This document shows positions 36,819 through 51,756 of a stretch of DNA of 64,000 bases, piece after piece. This DNA is from Octopus vulgaris (Eukaryota). The stretch spans positions 26,474,001-26,538,000 of the forward strand of contig OX597839.1 in NCBI GenBank assembly GCA_951406725.2. Reading direction: 5' to 3'. Under the pieces are notes generated by a model. It did not search any database and was not told the DNA's origin. It saw nothing but the letters and a program-made list of their open reading frames with translations. Made by a program: the position numbers and the translations under genes. Every line of letters begins with the position of its first letter. Position 1 is the first letter of the stretch.

Positions 36819-39754
36819 GAATTTACAAAAAAACAAAAGACAAAGACGGGTGAGTAAACAACAAACAGATGTATTAGTTTAACGCTCAGGAAGAGAGAAA
36901 GCCTTTTACGTTTCGAATCTATGCTCTTCCACTGAAAGGAATACAGAAATAAACAGGGAGAGAAAATAGAAAAGGAATAGTGGCTAGCGATACACACATA
37001 CACACTCACATGGCGAAAGTAGAGTTATATGCTTTTTTCATTAAAGCTGCAAAAATATCATAAAACTGTCCGATGAACAGAAACTCTAAGTAATAGTGTT
37101 GTGATGTTGCTATAGCTTTCATAAAAAAGTAAATACATGTGTGTGTGTGTGTGTGTTCGTTTCCCACCGCTGTTGGTGTGTTTACATCCTTGCAACTTAT
37201 TGGTTTGGCAAAAGAGAGTGAAAAACTAAGTACCAGGCTCAAAAAATAATATAAGCACTGGTTCTGATTCATTCGACCAAAATTCTTCAAGATTGGGCTC
37301 CAGTATGGCCACAGTCTAATGACTGAAACAAGTAACGGTTATATGAGTGTGAGTGTGTGTAAGTATTTGATTCCCATTGATTTGAATGAATCATGCATTA
37401 TCTCATATCTCAAGATATCTCGATGGTGTACTTACTTAATATGGAATAACATTGTAGGGTAGGTGTGAGAGCCTGGATCTGGTCAGTTTGAACATAAAAC
37501 AGATTAAATATTTTGGCCGGATATGGCCGGTTTAAATACACTCATTTTATTGCCCCTTTATGTCGAACTGCTAAGTTATGGGGATGTAAACATTGTGAAT
37601 GAACATGTATTACATGTGAGTAATCCGAATGCGAAAGGGTTAAGTGACGTTAACAGTCTGTGAGTTTTTTGATGGCTAATATGTGACTTCTCTGCAGAAA
37701 TTGTTTTAGTTTCAACACATTATTTCAGATCAAATCTATTTCTTTACTACCCACAAGGGGCCAAACACAGAGGGGACAAACATGGACAGACATAGGTATT
37801 AAGTCGATTACATCAACCCCACTGTTTCACTGGTACTTAATTTATCGACCCCGAAAGGATGAAAGACAAAGTCGACCTCGGCGGAATTTGAACTCAGAAC
37901 GTAACTGCAGACGAAATACAAAATACAGCTACGAAATACAGCGTTTCTGCCAGCTCTTACTTCCAGATCAAATCGATTACAAACAAGTACTTCTCTGAAA
38001 TTTTCCTCACATTGTTTAGATGTGTGACTCTCTATTGCTGAGAGAATAATAAATAGTGTCAGCCTCTTAGAATAAGCTTCCAATTTCAATGTACCAACTT
38101 CAGCAACTCCTGAGTTCACACACACACACACACACACACACAGAGGGTTGTAAATGAGGTGGGGAAGGAGGGTGCTGATGATCTCCCCCTTCCCATCCTC
38201 CTTAGATAAATACCTGAACCTTTATTGCTCAGTAATAGCTCCATATATTGGCCTCTACTACTGCAGCTCAAATGCCATTTATCAACACACAGCTTTCTCA
38301 TTACACACCACAGGGAACCTGTCAAATGCCTTTTTTTTTTTAGGTCAACTAATGAAAAAGTTTGTTGTTTTCCACCAAATATTTCTTCACTTAAGAAAGA
38401 CTGTTTAGCCAGATGTAAGAGAGAGAGGATGGGAGGGGGTGAAGAATGGTGGGGGGGGGGTGAGAATAAAAGAGAAGAGAAGGAAGTTGACAAGGGTGGG
38501 AACTAAGATAGAAGATAATGGCTGAGTGTCTGTGTGAGTAAAGAAAAGGGGTGATTGAAGAATAAGGGTTCCCATGTAAATAATTTGCTCTTTTTGAGAA
38601 AGAAAAAAAATATTTAGTAGAATGGTAAATCTCAAACTAGATGTAGCTATGATAACATGTAAATATTGGGTTAAAATCCTCTTTGGATAAGCGCAAGCAT
38701 GGCTGTGTGCTAATTTACTTCCCAACCACATGGTTCCAGGTTCAGTTCCACCGTGTGGCACCTTGAGCAAGTGTCTTCTACTATAGCCTTGCACTAACCA
38801 AAGCCTTGAGTGGATTTGGTAGACAGAAACTGAAAGGAGCCTGCCATGTGTGTCTTTGTGTCCACATTTGTCTACCACCACTGCTCGACAACTAACTTAG
38901 TGGTTCAGCAAAAGAACTGATGGAATAAGTGCAAGGCTTAAAAAACTAGAGTTGATTTGCATGACCACTCACAAGACTTTGGTTGGCCTGAGGCTATAGC
39001 AGAAGACATTTGCCCAAGGTGGGACTGAACCCGGAACCATGTGGTTGGTAAGCAGGCAACTTACCATATTCCTGCACCAAAGAGGACATTCTTGTACAGA
39101 ATTATTTCCAAACATCAAAACCATCTAGAAAGAATGAATTAGGTTCAGATAGGATATAAACTGATTGAGTCTGCACAACCCAAACCCTACTTTTAATGGC
39201 CGGGTAATAACATGGTTCCTTTTTCTTCTTTCATATAAATGGTCATGGGTTCAAATTTTACTACTTTATTATTATTATTTGACACACTCACACACCTGCT
39301 GGCCACTTGACAACCGGTGTTGGTGTGTTTACGTTCCTGTAACTTAGCAGCCTGGCACAAGAAACTGACAGAATAAGCACCAAGCATAAAAACAAACCAA
39401 ACTTAAGTACTGAGGTCGAATCGTTAGATTAAAATTCAAGGCAGTGCCCCAGCATGGCCGCAGTTTAATAATTGAAACAAGTAAACGATGAACAACAAGA
39501 ACTAAAAACATTAAAAAACTTACACGAAAAATGGGGGGGGGGCAAGTTGACATAATTAGCATATTTAATCACTGTAATAAGGGAACGAGAGCATATGCTA
39601 CTCTTACTGCTAATACAGTGGCTAGTTATTACCAGGAATGTAAGGGACGGGGTGGGGGAAAAACTTGGTGAGGTGATGGACATCTGCTGAGGATGATAAT
39701 ATTCTCAGACAGCTAAGTCCTCAAATGGTCTCTTCACAGGCATATTAATACTGA

Positions 39755-39932
39755 TACTGTTAGTATGCCTGGCAAAATGCTCAGGGTCATTTCACCCACC
39801 TTTATGTTCAGAGTTCAAATTTCGCCGAGGCTGACTTTGCCTCTCATCATTTCGGGGGTTGATAAATTAAGTACCAGTGAAACACGGGGGGAGGGGGATA
39901 TAATTTCAGGCCTTGTGCCAATAGTAGAAAGG

Positions 39933-39967
<35 letters not shown>

Positions 39968-41125
39968 GGCAGTGGGCTCCGGAACTGTTAGTGCACCAAG
40001 CAAAATGCCTAGTAGTATTTCGCCCATCGCTATGTCCTGACTTCAAATTCCACCAAGGTCAACTTTGCCTTTCATCCTTTCAGGGGCGAGAAATTAAGCA
40101 CGAGTGAAACACTGGGGTCGATGTAATCAACTAGACCCCTCACCCCAAATTTCAGGCCTTGTGCCTATAGTAGAAATGATTATTATTATTACTATTATTT
40201 AAAAATGGTAAGCTGGCAGAATCATTTGGGTGTCAGAAATGATACTTAGTGATATTTCTTCCAGTTCAAATGCCACCGGGGTCCACTCTGCCCTTCATCC
40301 TTTTGGGGTTGATTAAGTAAGTACCAGTTAAACACTGGACTCGATGCAATTGACTATCCCCTCCACCAAAATTTCAGGCCTTGTTCCTATAGCAGAAAGG
40401 ATTATTATTACTATTATTATTAAGGCAGCAAGCCAGCAGATTGTCAGTAGACTGGACAAAGGGACATTGTGGCATTTCATCCATGTATACATTCTGAGTT
40501 GCAATTCTGCGGAGGTTGACTTTGCCTCTCATTCTTTCAGGGTTGATAAAATTAAGTACCAGTGAAACACTGGGGTTGATGTAACCGACTTACCAACCAA
40601 ACTGAAATTGCTGGATTTGTGACAAAATTTGAAACCACTATTATTTTTGCTATTATTATATTAGGGTGGAGAGCTGGCAAAATCATTAGCATGCTGGGCA
40701 AAATGATTAATGGTATTTTGTGCGTCTTTACATTCTGAGTTCAAATTCCGCAGAGGTCGACTTTGCCTTTCATCCTTTTAGGGTTGATAAATTAAGTTAC
40801 CAGTTGAAGACTGGAATTGATGTAACCGACTTAGCAACCAACCTGAAATTGCTGGCTTTGTGGCAAAATTTAAAACCATCAACATCATCATTATTATTAA
40901 GATGGCAAGCCAGCAGAATCGTTAGCAAACTGGGCAAAATGCTTAGCAGCATTTTGTCCCGTCTTTACGCTCTGAGTTCAAATTCCACCAAGGTCAACTT
41001 TGCCTTTCCTTCTTTCAGCATCGATGAAATTAGTACCAGTGAACCACTGGGGGTCAATGTAATCGACTACCCCCACCACCACCACAAAATTTCAGGCCTT
41101 GTGCCTTTAGTAGAAAGGATTATCA
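39755..41125 (+). repeat. Head-to-tail array of six family-B SINE copies separated by (ATT)n
   Basis: Units start near 39760, 39965, 40203, 40422, 40663 and 40900. Each has a variant of tcaaattc..gactttgcctttcatcctt..gataaattaagtaccag. Confidence 0.85.
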
Positions 41126-42763
41126 TTGTTGTTGTTGCTCTTGTTAAAGTGCTTTTAAAGATTTTATCTGCATTACAATAACTTTTTTAATAATAGGAAG
41201 AATATTTCCGCGAGTATTTCATAAACTGCAACGAACCCCCTCACCGTCCACCAGCCAGCTAAAAACAACTCACAAAAATGCAACTGGACAACAAAATGAA
41301 GTCCAATCAAACACAGACACACACACACACACACACACATACGCACACACTCCCACAAAGCTCTTTACTTAATCAGGATGGTTAGAGACAAATAGCCATC
41401 CAACAGTAATATATTTATAGAAGTGTAAACCACTGATCATAATAAGCAGCTGTACTGGATATTCAAGTTCAGCCTCTTGAAAACACATATTTTTAGTAAC
41501 TATGGATTCAAAGTAAAGCTATTTAGTAATCATTGTCTCGAAAATAAAGGGAAACCATTCTATTTGAAATAGTAGCAGTAGTAGTAGTAGCAGCAGCAGC
41601 AGTACTTGTGGTTGAGTTGGTGATACTCTTGTGTTGAAGCTGAAAGTCAACAGTTTAATTCAGTAGGTTCTCGTGGTCACCAGTAGAGAATTAGAAACAC
41701 ACACAATCTATTTTTTATATGTTGTATGTTTTGGTAGTTTCAGTCATTGGACTACGGCCATGCTGGGGCACTGCCTTGAACAATTTCAGTTGAATGACTC
41801 AATCCCGGGATCTTTTTTTTTTTTTTTTTTTATTTAACCCTTTAGTCTTCAGATTACTCTGTTAAACGTAATACTTTTTCACTCAAATTGTTTTTAATTA
41901 ATCCTGTATTATCTTATAGCTTTGAGGTTTCAATGACGTGATTGTTCATTTTTAGAATGTCAATGTAGGTTAGGTGTGAGAGGCCTGATCTGGTCAGTTT
42001 AAACATAAAATAGGTAGAAAACTTTGGCCGGATATGGCCAGTTTAAATACTAAAGGGTTAAAAGCCTGGTACTTATTCCTTCAGTTACTTTTCTTAAGCT
42101 GCTAAGTTACGGGGGATGTGAACACCACAACATCAACCAGTGGTGGGGACAAACACACACAAACAGGCTTCTTTCAGGTTCCATCTACCAAATCCACTCA
42201 TAAGGATTTGGTTGGCCCAGAGTTAACTTAAAAGACACTTGCCCAAGGTGCCATGCGGTATGACTGAACCCAAGGCCATGTAGTGGGAAAACAAGCTTCT
42301 TACCATCCAGCCACACACACACACACATACATACACACATATACATACATACATGGATGCATGTAATTCTTAAAAAGAATAGTATTCACAGTAACTCTGA
42401 AGTCAGCTAAGTCACTGTTAATATCATTCTTATTAAATAAAGGTGGCGAAATGCTTAGCGGTAATTCGTCTGTTGTTACGTTCTGAGTTCAAATTCCGCC
42501 GATGTCGACTTTGCCTTTCATCCTTTCGGGGTCGATAAATAAAGTACCAGTTTCGCACTGGGGTGGATGTAATCGACTTAATCCCTTTGTCTGTCCTTGT
42601 TTAGCCCCTTGTGGGTAGTAAAGAAATAAATATCATTCTTATTAAATAATAATAAATTTGTACTTTCCCAAATGTATTGAATAATCCCTCAGTTTAATGT
42701 AAAATTATTTTTATTAGAGCATAGAAACAAAACGTGTGTGTGTGTGTGTGTGTGTAATACAAT

Positions 42764-43173
42764 ACTCTCTCTTTTACTTGCTTCAGTCATTTGACTGCGG
42801 CCATGCTGGAGCACCGCCTTTAGTCGAGCAAATCGACCCCGGGAAGTATTCTTTGTAAGCCCAGTACTTATTCTATCGGTCTCTTTTGCCGAACCGCTAA
42901 GTGACGGGGACGTAAACACACCAGCATCGGTTGTCAAGCAATGCTAGGGGGACAAACACAGACACACAAACATACACACACATACATATATATATATATA
43001 TACATATATACGACAGGCTTCTTTGAGTTTCCGTCTACCAAATCCACTCACAAGGCATTGGTCGGCCCGGGGCTATAGCAGAAGACACTTGCCCAAGATG
43101 CCACGCAGTGGGACTGAACCCGGAACCATGTGGTTGGTTAGCAAGCTACTTACCACACAGCCACTCCTGCGCC
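42764..43173 (-). mobile_element. tRNA-headed SINE family A (CORE-like); representative young full-length copy
   Basis: Head ggcgcaggagtggctgtgtggt...ggttcagtccc (A/B-box-like), then (c/t)cttgggcaagtgtctt resembling the CORE domain, an internal (TA/TG)n, and tail cagcatggccgcagtcaaatgactgaa. Near-identical copies at 47654-48065 and 58862-59256. Dozens of older or partial copies occur on both strands (e.g. 1630-1998, 10360-10716, 17455-17880, 28670-29058, 44075-44418, 59963-60320, 62124-62465, 62536-62943). Confidence 0.88.
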
Positions 43174-44789
43174 TATGTTCTGTAATTTAATATAATATTG
43201 TGTGTGTGCCTGGCTTCCCTACAAAATCTACAAAATGTGAAGACCCATATACAGTATATATCCATATATAATACAGATGTTTTACTAGGCTTTTAACTCT
43301 CTGTCAAAATAGTCGTGTCAATTAATTTCAAAAACAATGAAGAATTTAATAAAATAAATGTGTCATTATTTTAAGCTGGTGTTTGGAACATAAATTAAAA
43401 TAAAATTTTGATGGAAGGTTTTTCACTTGTATCACTTTAACTCTAGCGTTCAAATTAGTCTGTAAAGCTTATGTATTCATATAATTTAACCCTTTAGTGT
43501 TTGCATTATTCTGCCAAAATTAATGCTTCTTCATCCACATTGTTTTGAACTAATCATGCATTATCTTGTAGCTATGAGATTTTGATGAGGTAGCTGTTAA
43601 TTTTTAAAACAATATTGTAGGGTTGGTGTGAGAGTCCAGATCTGGCCAGTTTGAACATAAAACAGGCAGAATACTTTTGGCCGGATATGGCTGGTTTAAA
43701 TGCTAAAGGGTTAAAGTTAATTATGCATTATTTCATGGCTTTCAGAGATCAACAATGTGCTGGTTTCATTTTAAAATGACACTGTAGGGTAGGTATGAGA
43801 GGCCAAATCTGACCAGTTTGAAGATAAAACAGGTAGAATATTTTGGCCGGATATGGCTGGTTTAAATGCTTATGGAGTTAATATCGCAGAACTAAGAATG
43901 GTGTCAGTCAAGTTGGCATCAGAAGGGTTAAGCCTAAAAATTAGGTGCGGGCATTACACACAAGAAATAAATGGTACCTTTATTCTGCATAGCCTAGCGC
44001 AAGGGGTCGGCAAACAAGGGTAAATTACCTCAAATGGGGTAAAAATGAAATTCTTGGGGATAATTCTATTTTTCTTTTATTTGTTTCAGTCATTTGACTG
44101 TGGCCATGCTGGAGCACCAGCTTTAGTCGAACAACTCAACCCTAGGGGATTTATTCTTTGTAAGCTTAGTACTTATTCTGCTGAACCACTAAGTTACAGG
44201 GACGTAAACACACCAACATCGGTTGTCAAGCGATAGTGGGGGGGGGGGGCACAAATACAGATACACAAATACATACATATATATATATAATAGGCTTCTT
44301 TCAGTTTCCATCTACCAAATCTACTCACAAGGCTTTGGTCGGCCTGAGGCTATAGAAGACAATTGCCCAAGGTGCCATGTGGTTGGGAAGCAAGCTTCTT
44401 ACCACACAGCCACTCCTGAGGACTCATTAGACATAAGTATAAAATTATATATATTAAAAAAAAAAGTGTTCCTTGTGTCCATCTATGGTTTTCTTCCTTT
44501 CGAATCAAGGGGGTAATATCGGCATAAATATATTTTGGGGTAATTGGTTAAAAAAGTTCCCCAGCTCCTGACCTAGTGTGTGGCCATCTTCAAGATGGCA
44601 TGAGCAGAAGATAAGTTATATCAATTGTCCAAGCTAATTGATGGTTACAGCTTAGGAAATCCCCATAAACAAGGTCACATTTCTAAGACAGTCATTAGAT
44701 CATGGCCATTCTGGGGCATTACCTTGAAGAATTTTTAGTTAAATGAATCAGCTTCAGGACTTATTTTTTTAAAGCCTGGTCCTTATAGC

Positions 44790-44822
<33 letters not shown>

Positions 44823-47800
44823 AAGTATACAACAGCCCCATAACTTAGCAGTCTGACAAACAGCTAAATTATGGGGATGTAAACACACACACATACTACA
44901 GGACAGGCTTCTTTCAGTTTCTGTCCATTAAATCCACTCACAAGGCTTTGGTTGATCCAAGGCTACAAGACACTTACCCAAGGTGCCATGACGTGGGACT
45001 GAACTTGCAACCATGTAGTTGGAAAGCAAACTTCTTATCACATAGCTAAACCAGCACCTATATTTATTTTCTAGAAAATATATGTTACAGTTTTACAGCA
45101 AGTGCAATTTTATGGTCCACAGATGTAAAGTTCAATAGTCATTTTAGAAATTGCTTTTTATGATGTATTTTATTTTCAATGTATCTTATACAGCAATTAT
45201 AATAAATCTAGCTAAATACCTTTCTTCATACATTAAAATGCAAAAGAAAAATCAGTGTGTATTTACAGAGGAAAATTATTTCTCTAAGATTTTACTGGCT
45301 ACGTTTAGTGCTGAGAATTATACACCAGGGTATTCATCATCATTTAATGCTTGTTTTCCATGCTGGCATGGGTTGGACGGTTAGACAGGTGCTGGCCAAG
45401 CAGAAGACTGCACCGGATTTCTGTGTTTGTTTTGGCAAGGTTTCTACAGCTGGATGCCCTTCCTAACACCAATCACCCAGCAGAGAGGACCAAGTGCTTT
45501 TTATGTAGCACAAGCACAGGCAAGGTCTGCTTTGGCATGTTTCTTTTTACAGCTGGGTGCCCTTCCAAATGCCAACCACTTTACAGTGTGGACTGGATAC
45601 TTTTTACCAGCAATTCCAAGGAAAGGGTTAAGTCGATTACATCAAACCCCCCCCCCCACACTCCCCACCAGTAATCAACTGGTACTTATTTTATCAACTC
45701 TGAAAGGGTGTAAGATAAAATCGACCTTGATAGAATTTGAACTCAGGACATACAGATAGATGAAATACTGCAAAGCATTTTGCCCAGTGGGCTAAAGATT
45801 CTGCAAGCTCGTCTTGTATGTAATATTTTATATTGGTTTGAAATTTTGGCACAAGGCCAGCAATTTCAGCAGAAGGAGTCAAGTCAATTAGATTGGCCCC
45901 AGTACACAACTGGTACTTATGCCAGATGTTTAAGTCAGTGCTACTGTTCATAAATACAATTCATTATATTTTGAGAATTATGCTTAATGAGTTTATTAAA
46001 TACCAAAAAAAAAAACCTATTTCTTTACAGAGACTTTCTTATCAGGTAACAAGGAGGGGTGGCGTTACATGTCCATGTTGTGGGTGGGTGGCACCTTGGG
46101 TTCCAGCACTGAGTGACACCAACATTAGTGATGCCATACATTGAATCTCACATAAATTATATTTATGCATACATTATGTGTGTGTGTGTTTGTGAATTTA
46201 TGTGAGATAAATAGGGATTGAGTAACCCTTTTGGCTAACCATAGATGTCAGTGAACTGGAAAGGAATAGAACTGAATGACCCCCCCCCCTCTTCCACTCT
46301 CATATTCTTTTACTCGTTTCAGTCACTGGACAGTGGCCATGCTGGGACACTGCCTCAATGGTACTTATTCTATATTTTATCCTTTTGCTGAACTGCTAAG
46401 TTATGGAGACAAACAAACCAACACCCACTTTCTTGTCAAGCAGTGAAAGGCACATAGACACACACACACACGAAAGCGAGGGGCAAAGATTTTTCTGCCT
46501 CTCCCCAGATATGTGTGAGAGAGGGGGGGGGGACAGTGAAGGTGATGCCAGCAGTGGTTTGAAACCTGAATAACACATTCACACAAACAGTTTATTGCAA
46601 AAGCCATCTTGAGTGAAGTGGATTCGATTTTGGAAAAAAGTGCCATATGAGTTTTACCTCAAAATGTGTCTATCATCAACTTAACCCTTTAGCATTTAAA
46701 CCAGCCATATCCGGCCAAAAGTATTCTGCCTGTTTTATGTTCAAACTAGCCCTATCTGGTCTCTCACACCAACCCTACAATATCTTTTAAAAAAAATTAA
46801 CAGCTACCTCATCAAAATCTCATAGTTGCAAGATAATGCATGATCAATTCAAAAGAATGTGGATGAAGAAGCATTAATTTTGGTAGAATAATGCGAACAC
46901 TAAAGGGTTAATAATCAAAATCTTATAAGGATTACACTGGACTGATGCTTGGAAGGACAGCCGAGATCTATGAGGAGTATTTCATACCAAAACCTTACCC
47001 TGAGCCAATAGCATCTGTATCAGAAAAGGCGGAGGGCGTAAGGTACTGAACAGATCTTTTAATACACGTAAGTAGATTTCTACCACTATCAGTTGAACGA
47101 CAGTATTGGAAATAATTACAGATTCACATTTACAACAATAGTAATCATCGTTATCTTCATAATTACCAATTCAACATCAACTTTTCCATGCCCGTATAGG
47201 TTAGACAGAATTTATTGAGGTAGATTTGCTACAGCTGGATACTCTCCCTGTCACAAACCCTCGCTTGTTTTTATGTAAGGTAATATTTCACCACAACCTC
47301 CTGACATGCTTTCATTGACGACTGGAAACAAAGGATGCTTCTTACATCTCAGTGACACTTCTTTACAATTATCATATCATATCAAGACAAGGAGACTGTG
47401 ACACACACATAATGAGCTTCTTTCAGTTTCCCTCTACCAAATTCACTCGCTAGTAGAAAACACTTGTCCAAGGTGACATGCAATGGGACAGAACCCAAAA
47501 CCATGTGGTTGGGAAACAGACTACATAACACCATGCCTGTTCCTAAACAATGCACATTAAAATGTTGATGGGTTTCTAAATTCCTGACAACGTCGCTTTC
47601 CAGGAATCCCAGAGAGCAGTAATCCGTTCATCTACTAGATACATCCACTGGTATACTCTCTTTTACTCTTTTACTTGTTTCAGTCATTTGACTGCGGCCA
47701 TGCTGGAGCACCGCCTTTAGTCGAGCAAATCGACCCCGGGACTTATTCTTTGTAAGCCCAGTACTTATTCTATCACTCTGTTTTGCCGAACCGCTAAGTG

Positions 47801-49749
47801 ACGGGGACGTAAACACACCAGCATACCTAGCAATGCTAGGGGGACAAACACAGATACACAAACACATACACACACATACATATATATATATATACATATA
47901 TACGACAGGCTTCTTTCAGTTTCCGTCTACCAAATCCACTTACAAGGCATTGGTCGGCCCGGGGCCATAGCAGAAGACACTTGCCCAAGGTGCCACGCAG
48001 TGGGACTGAACCCGGAACCATGTGGTTGGTTAGCAAGTTACTTACCACACAGCCACTCCTGCACCTATAGGTACAAATGTGATTAAATGAAACTAAAAAA
48101 AAAAGCATTGGGCTCACAAACATGAGGCAGTGAGTTTGATTCCCAGCCCAGGCCATGTGTTGTGTTCTTTAGCAAGACACTCCAGTTCACAAGGCTGTAG
48201 AAATGAGTTGTGATGTCAAGTTGTATCAGCCTTTGCCTTTCTCTTGGATAACATTGGTGGCATGGAGACAGGAGGCTGGTATGCAGGGGTAACTGCTGGT
48301 CTCCCATAAACAACCTGGCCTGGCCCGGACTTGTGTCCCGGAGGAGAACTTCCAAGGTGCAATCCCATGGTCATTCATGACCAAAGGGGGTCTTTATATA
48401 AATACATATACACACACACATACATATATATATATGCAAGTGTATTAACTATAAAGTGACATATAAGTGATTCAAGGGCCTAGAGATTTGTGTGATAGTG
48501 AGAAGGATTTAGAAATAGAAACACCACTGTTGTGTCATGTGAAAATAGAGAATTCTAAAATTAGCTAACTTGGACACAAAAGTAAAAGTACATGAAACAC
48601 GAGGCACAAATACAATGTATGTATACGTGAGTGTGTGTGTGTGTGTGCGCATGTGTGTATATGGTGGTTGTCTACTACTTATACAGAGTTTGACCACCTC
48701 CTGTACCTATACCTTAGAACCATCATGGCATCTGATGTAGCTTTTTAAACCAGACAATGTTTTGAAAAGACACCCACATAGGTTGCATATCTGATTTGGG
48801 ACCACCGAGAGCTGCTAATTAAGATAATTTAAGGTACCCTAAATTATAATTTTAATAATAATTATTACCTTTGAAGGTTTTTATTCCCATACTGGCCACT
48901 TGATAAGATCGATATTTAAATTAACGATCTTGTCCTTATATATATAAATTTATATATATATATATATATATAGTAATATATATATACCTATTACAGAGTT
49001 CAAATTTATATATACACGACACACATTCACAAGCGCATACACACAAACATATAAACACCCACCCACCCCAGCATACACACACACAACTTCATGCTCCCTT
49101 AGATGTGGGTACTTACACACTCAAAGAGAAAATCGACACAGATGTTTCAGAGGTGAATGACACAATCCAATGGGACTTTGTGTAACAGGAGGATATGCTT
49201 TTTTGGGTGAAAAGCAAAACGCTCTCCAAATTAAGTTAGATATTGTCTGAAGCTGGACCAATGCCAAACTGATATAAAACTGCCTTCATGGTGTTTGCAT
49301 AAACTCCATTATGCAATGTAAATAGAGAACATGTTTAGACTTGTATTCCAACTGCAAACAACTCCATTTATTGATGAGAATAAATAATAATTCATTTTTG
49401 TAGTTGGTTTGCAAAACTTTTGATGCGAGGGAGCATCATCATCATCATCATAATCATCATTGATAATGATGATGATGATGATCCTCCCTCGCATCATGCC
49501 AATAATAAATAAACGCACATACAAAGCAGTTTGATTTCACTTTCTTTTACTGGTTTCAGTCATTTGACTGCAGCCATGCTGGAGCACCGCTTCGAAGGGT
49601 TTTAGTTGCGCAAATCGACCCCAGGATTTGTTTCTTAAGCTTAGTATTTACTCTATCGGTCTCTTTTGCTGAAGCGTTAAATTATGAGGGATATGAACAC
49701 ACCAGCACTAGCTGTCAAGCAGAAATGCAGGGACAAACACATAACTCCA

Positions 49750-50050
49750 AGAACGTTAGGGGTTGTGAGTCCAACCTACTAAGGGATAATATCTATCCAC
49801 TAAAGTTGATGAACCAGCTATTGTTCTCCTCCATTTTCTTATTTGCAGACCGCGTGTGTACCGTTGGCGATTTTTTTCCCTCCGTCTTCCCTTCTCTGGA
49901 TCTTTCCTTTTCCTATGTTTCTGACGAAGAGCTCCACTCGAAATGTTAAACCCTCCTTCTTCCCTTCCTTTCTGAGCGTCCAATAATACTATATTTATTC
50001 TACGTCCTCGCATTGTTGTATTTTTTTTGTGCTTTCTTGTTTGGATTAAC
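49750..50050 (+). mobile_element. Penelope-like pseudo-LTR fragment with hammerhead-like motif (49917-49951), inserted in a SINE
   Basis: GTTT-CTGACGA-AGAGCTCCACTC-GAAATGTT-AAAC. The fragment ends at (TA)n and interrupts a SINE running 49540-50165. Confidence 0.5.
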
Positions 50051-50606
50051 TATATATATATATATATATAAATATATAAAGGCACTTGCCCAAGGTGCCA
50101 TGCAGTGGGACTGAACCCGGAATCATGTGGCTGGAAAGCAAGCTTCTTACCACACAGCCACGCCTTCTTTTATCATTATTAATCAATTACTTCACATTTA
50201 ACCAGTTAATTAATTGGTTATTTGATTAATCATTTGGTCAATCAACCAGCTAGGCTTGTACAACAGTTTTTTTGCCCCCCATTTGTGACCTCATCAACGA
50301 CATGCTTGCCCTCTCTACACCGGATCTGAAGCAGAGAGAGGACTATGACAAACCTAGATGACAAATTGGTTGATCAAACAATTAAACAACCGATTAGTTA
50401 AGTGGTTAAATGTCAACTAATAATAATAATAATGACAACAGTGAAATAGAATCACTACGCGTGTAGATACTGGTATAATGATGCTCCTGGGAGACAACAA
50501 AATATAATCATGCCAAGTTCCTGAAGGGACCAAAATATAAGCATTTTTGATGTATTTTGAATAAAAGACTTGCAGTCTACACACACACATAGCATTTATA
50601 CATGGA

Positions 50607-50983
50607 CTAGCAGTATCGCCCGGCATTGCTCGGGTTTGTAAGGGAAATAACTATAAAGCATTTTTAGAGAGTTATAGCCAAAAAATAGCAAAAAAATGGG
50701 AAAAAAATTATGGTAAATTTTTTTTGAGAGATAAAAAGGTCGAGTTGCGTCCCCTAGACAGTCTGTGGTTTGTGTTTCTGATTCTCGACCCCACGTCGAA
50801 TTTATCGATTTTTTTTCAGAACTGGGGGAACTTTTCAAAATTTTCGCTGTGTTAGTTTTGAATTATGACATTGGGCTATGTGTGTGTCGAGTTTCATCAG
50901 AATCGATTGAAAGCCGTGGTCAGGGTGAGGGTACAACCTGACAGACACACAGACAGACAAACTGCCGTTTATATAGAGAAAGA
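50607..50983 (-). mobile_element. Non-autonomous Helitron (377 bp), same 3' end as 53241-53753
   Basis: The minus strand starts A|TC and ends ...acaaacccgagcaatgccgggcgatactgCTAG|T. About 65 bp of the 3' end is shared with the other copy; the interior differs. Confidence 0.85.
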
Positions 50984-51688
50984 TGGATGTAAATACACAA
51001 AAATGTACATAAAGCAACATTCTTGTAACTGCAGATGTGCGTTTTTTCAATGACAGGAGGAGGGATTTGAATAGGGAATGTCAAGAGTCAAGACAAACAC
51101 TACAAGGTATCTCATCTTCCAATCTACTAGACTGGGACATTTTTCCTCCTCCCACCACCACCCAAAGAAAATGTAAGGTGAAATTAACTATAGTAGGATT
51201 TGAACTGAGTATGGAGAGCATTGTATCTTTTGCTTGTTTCAGTCATTAAACTGTGGCCATGCTGGGGTACTGCCTTAAAATTTTTTTAGTCAACTGAATT
51301 GATGCCCAGTATGGTTTTTAAAGCCTGGTACTTATTCTATCAGTCTTTTTTGCTGAACTGCTAAATTACAAGGACATAAACACACCAACACTGGTTGTCA
51401 AGCAGATCCAAAGACAGATCTAAACACACACGTGTATGCATGCGTGTGTGTGTGTGTGTGTGTGTATGTATATACACATGACAGGTACCATTCAGCTTGT
51501 CTACCAAATATACTCAGAAAGCTTTGGTTGGCCCAAAGCTATGGTAGAAGACACTTGCCCAAGGTGCCATGCAATGGGACTGAACCCGGAACCATTTGGT
51601 AAGCTTCTTACCACACAGCCATGCCTGCACAATGTTGCATCTGACACTCTATCAACTTGGCCAATTCACACTGTGTGTGTGTGTGTAT

Positions 51689-51756
<68 letters not shown>

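Noticed and set aside
47001-47060. Possible NCOR first coding exon (SVQYLTPSAF..., gtaagg donor on the minus strand)
   Set aside because: The SVQY match is only four residues, and that frame ends in phase 2, incompatible with the phase-0 exon at 29309.
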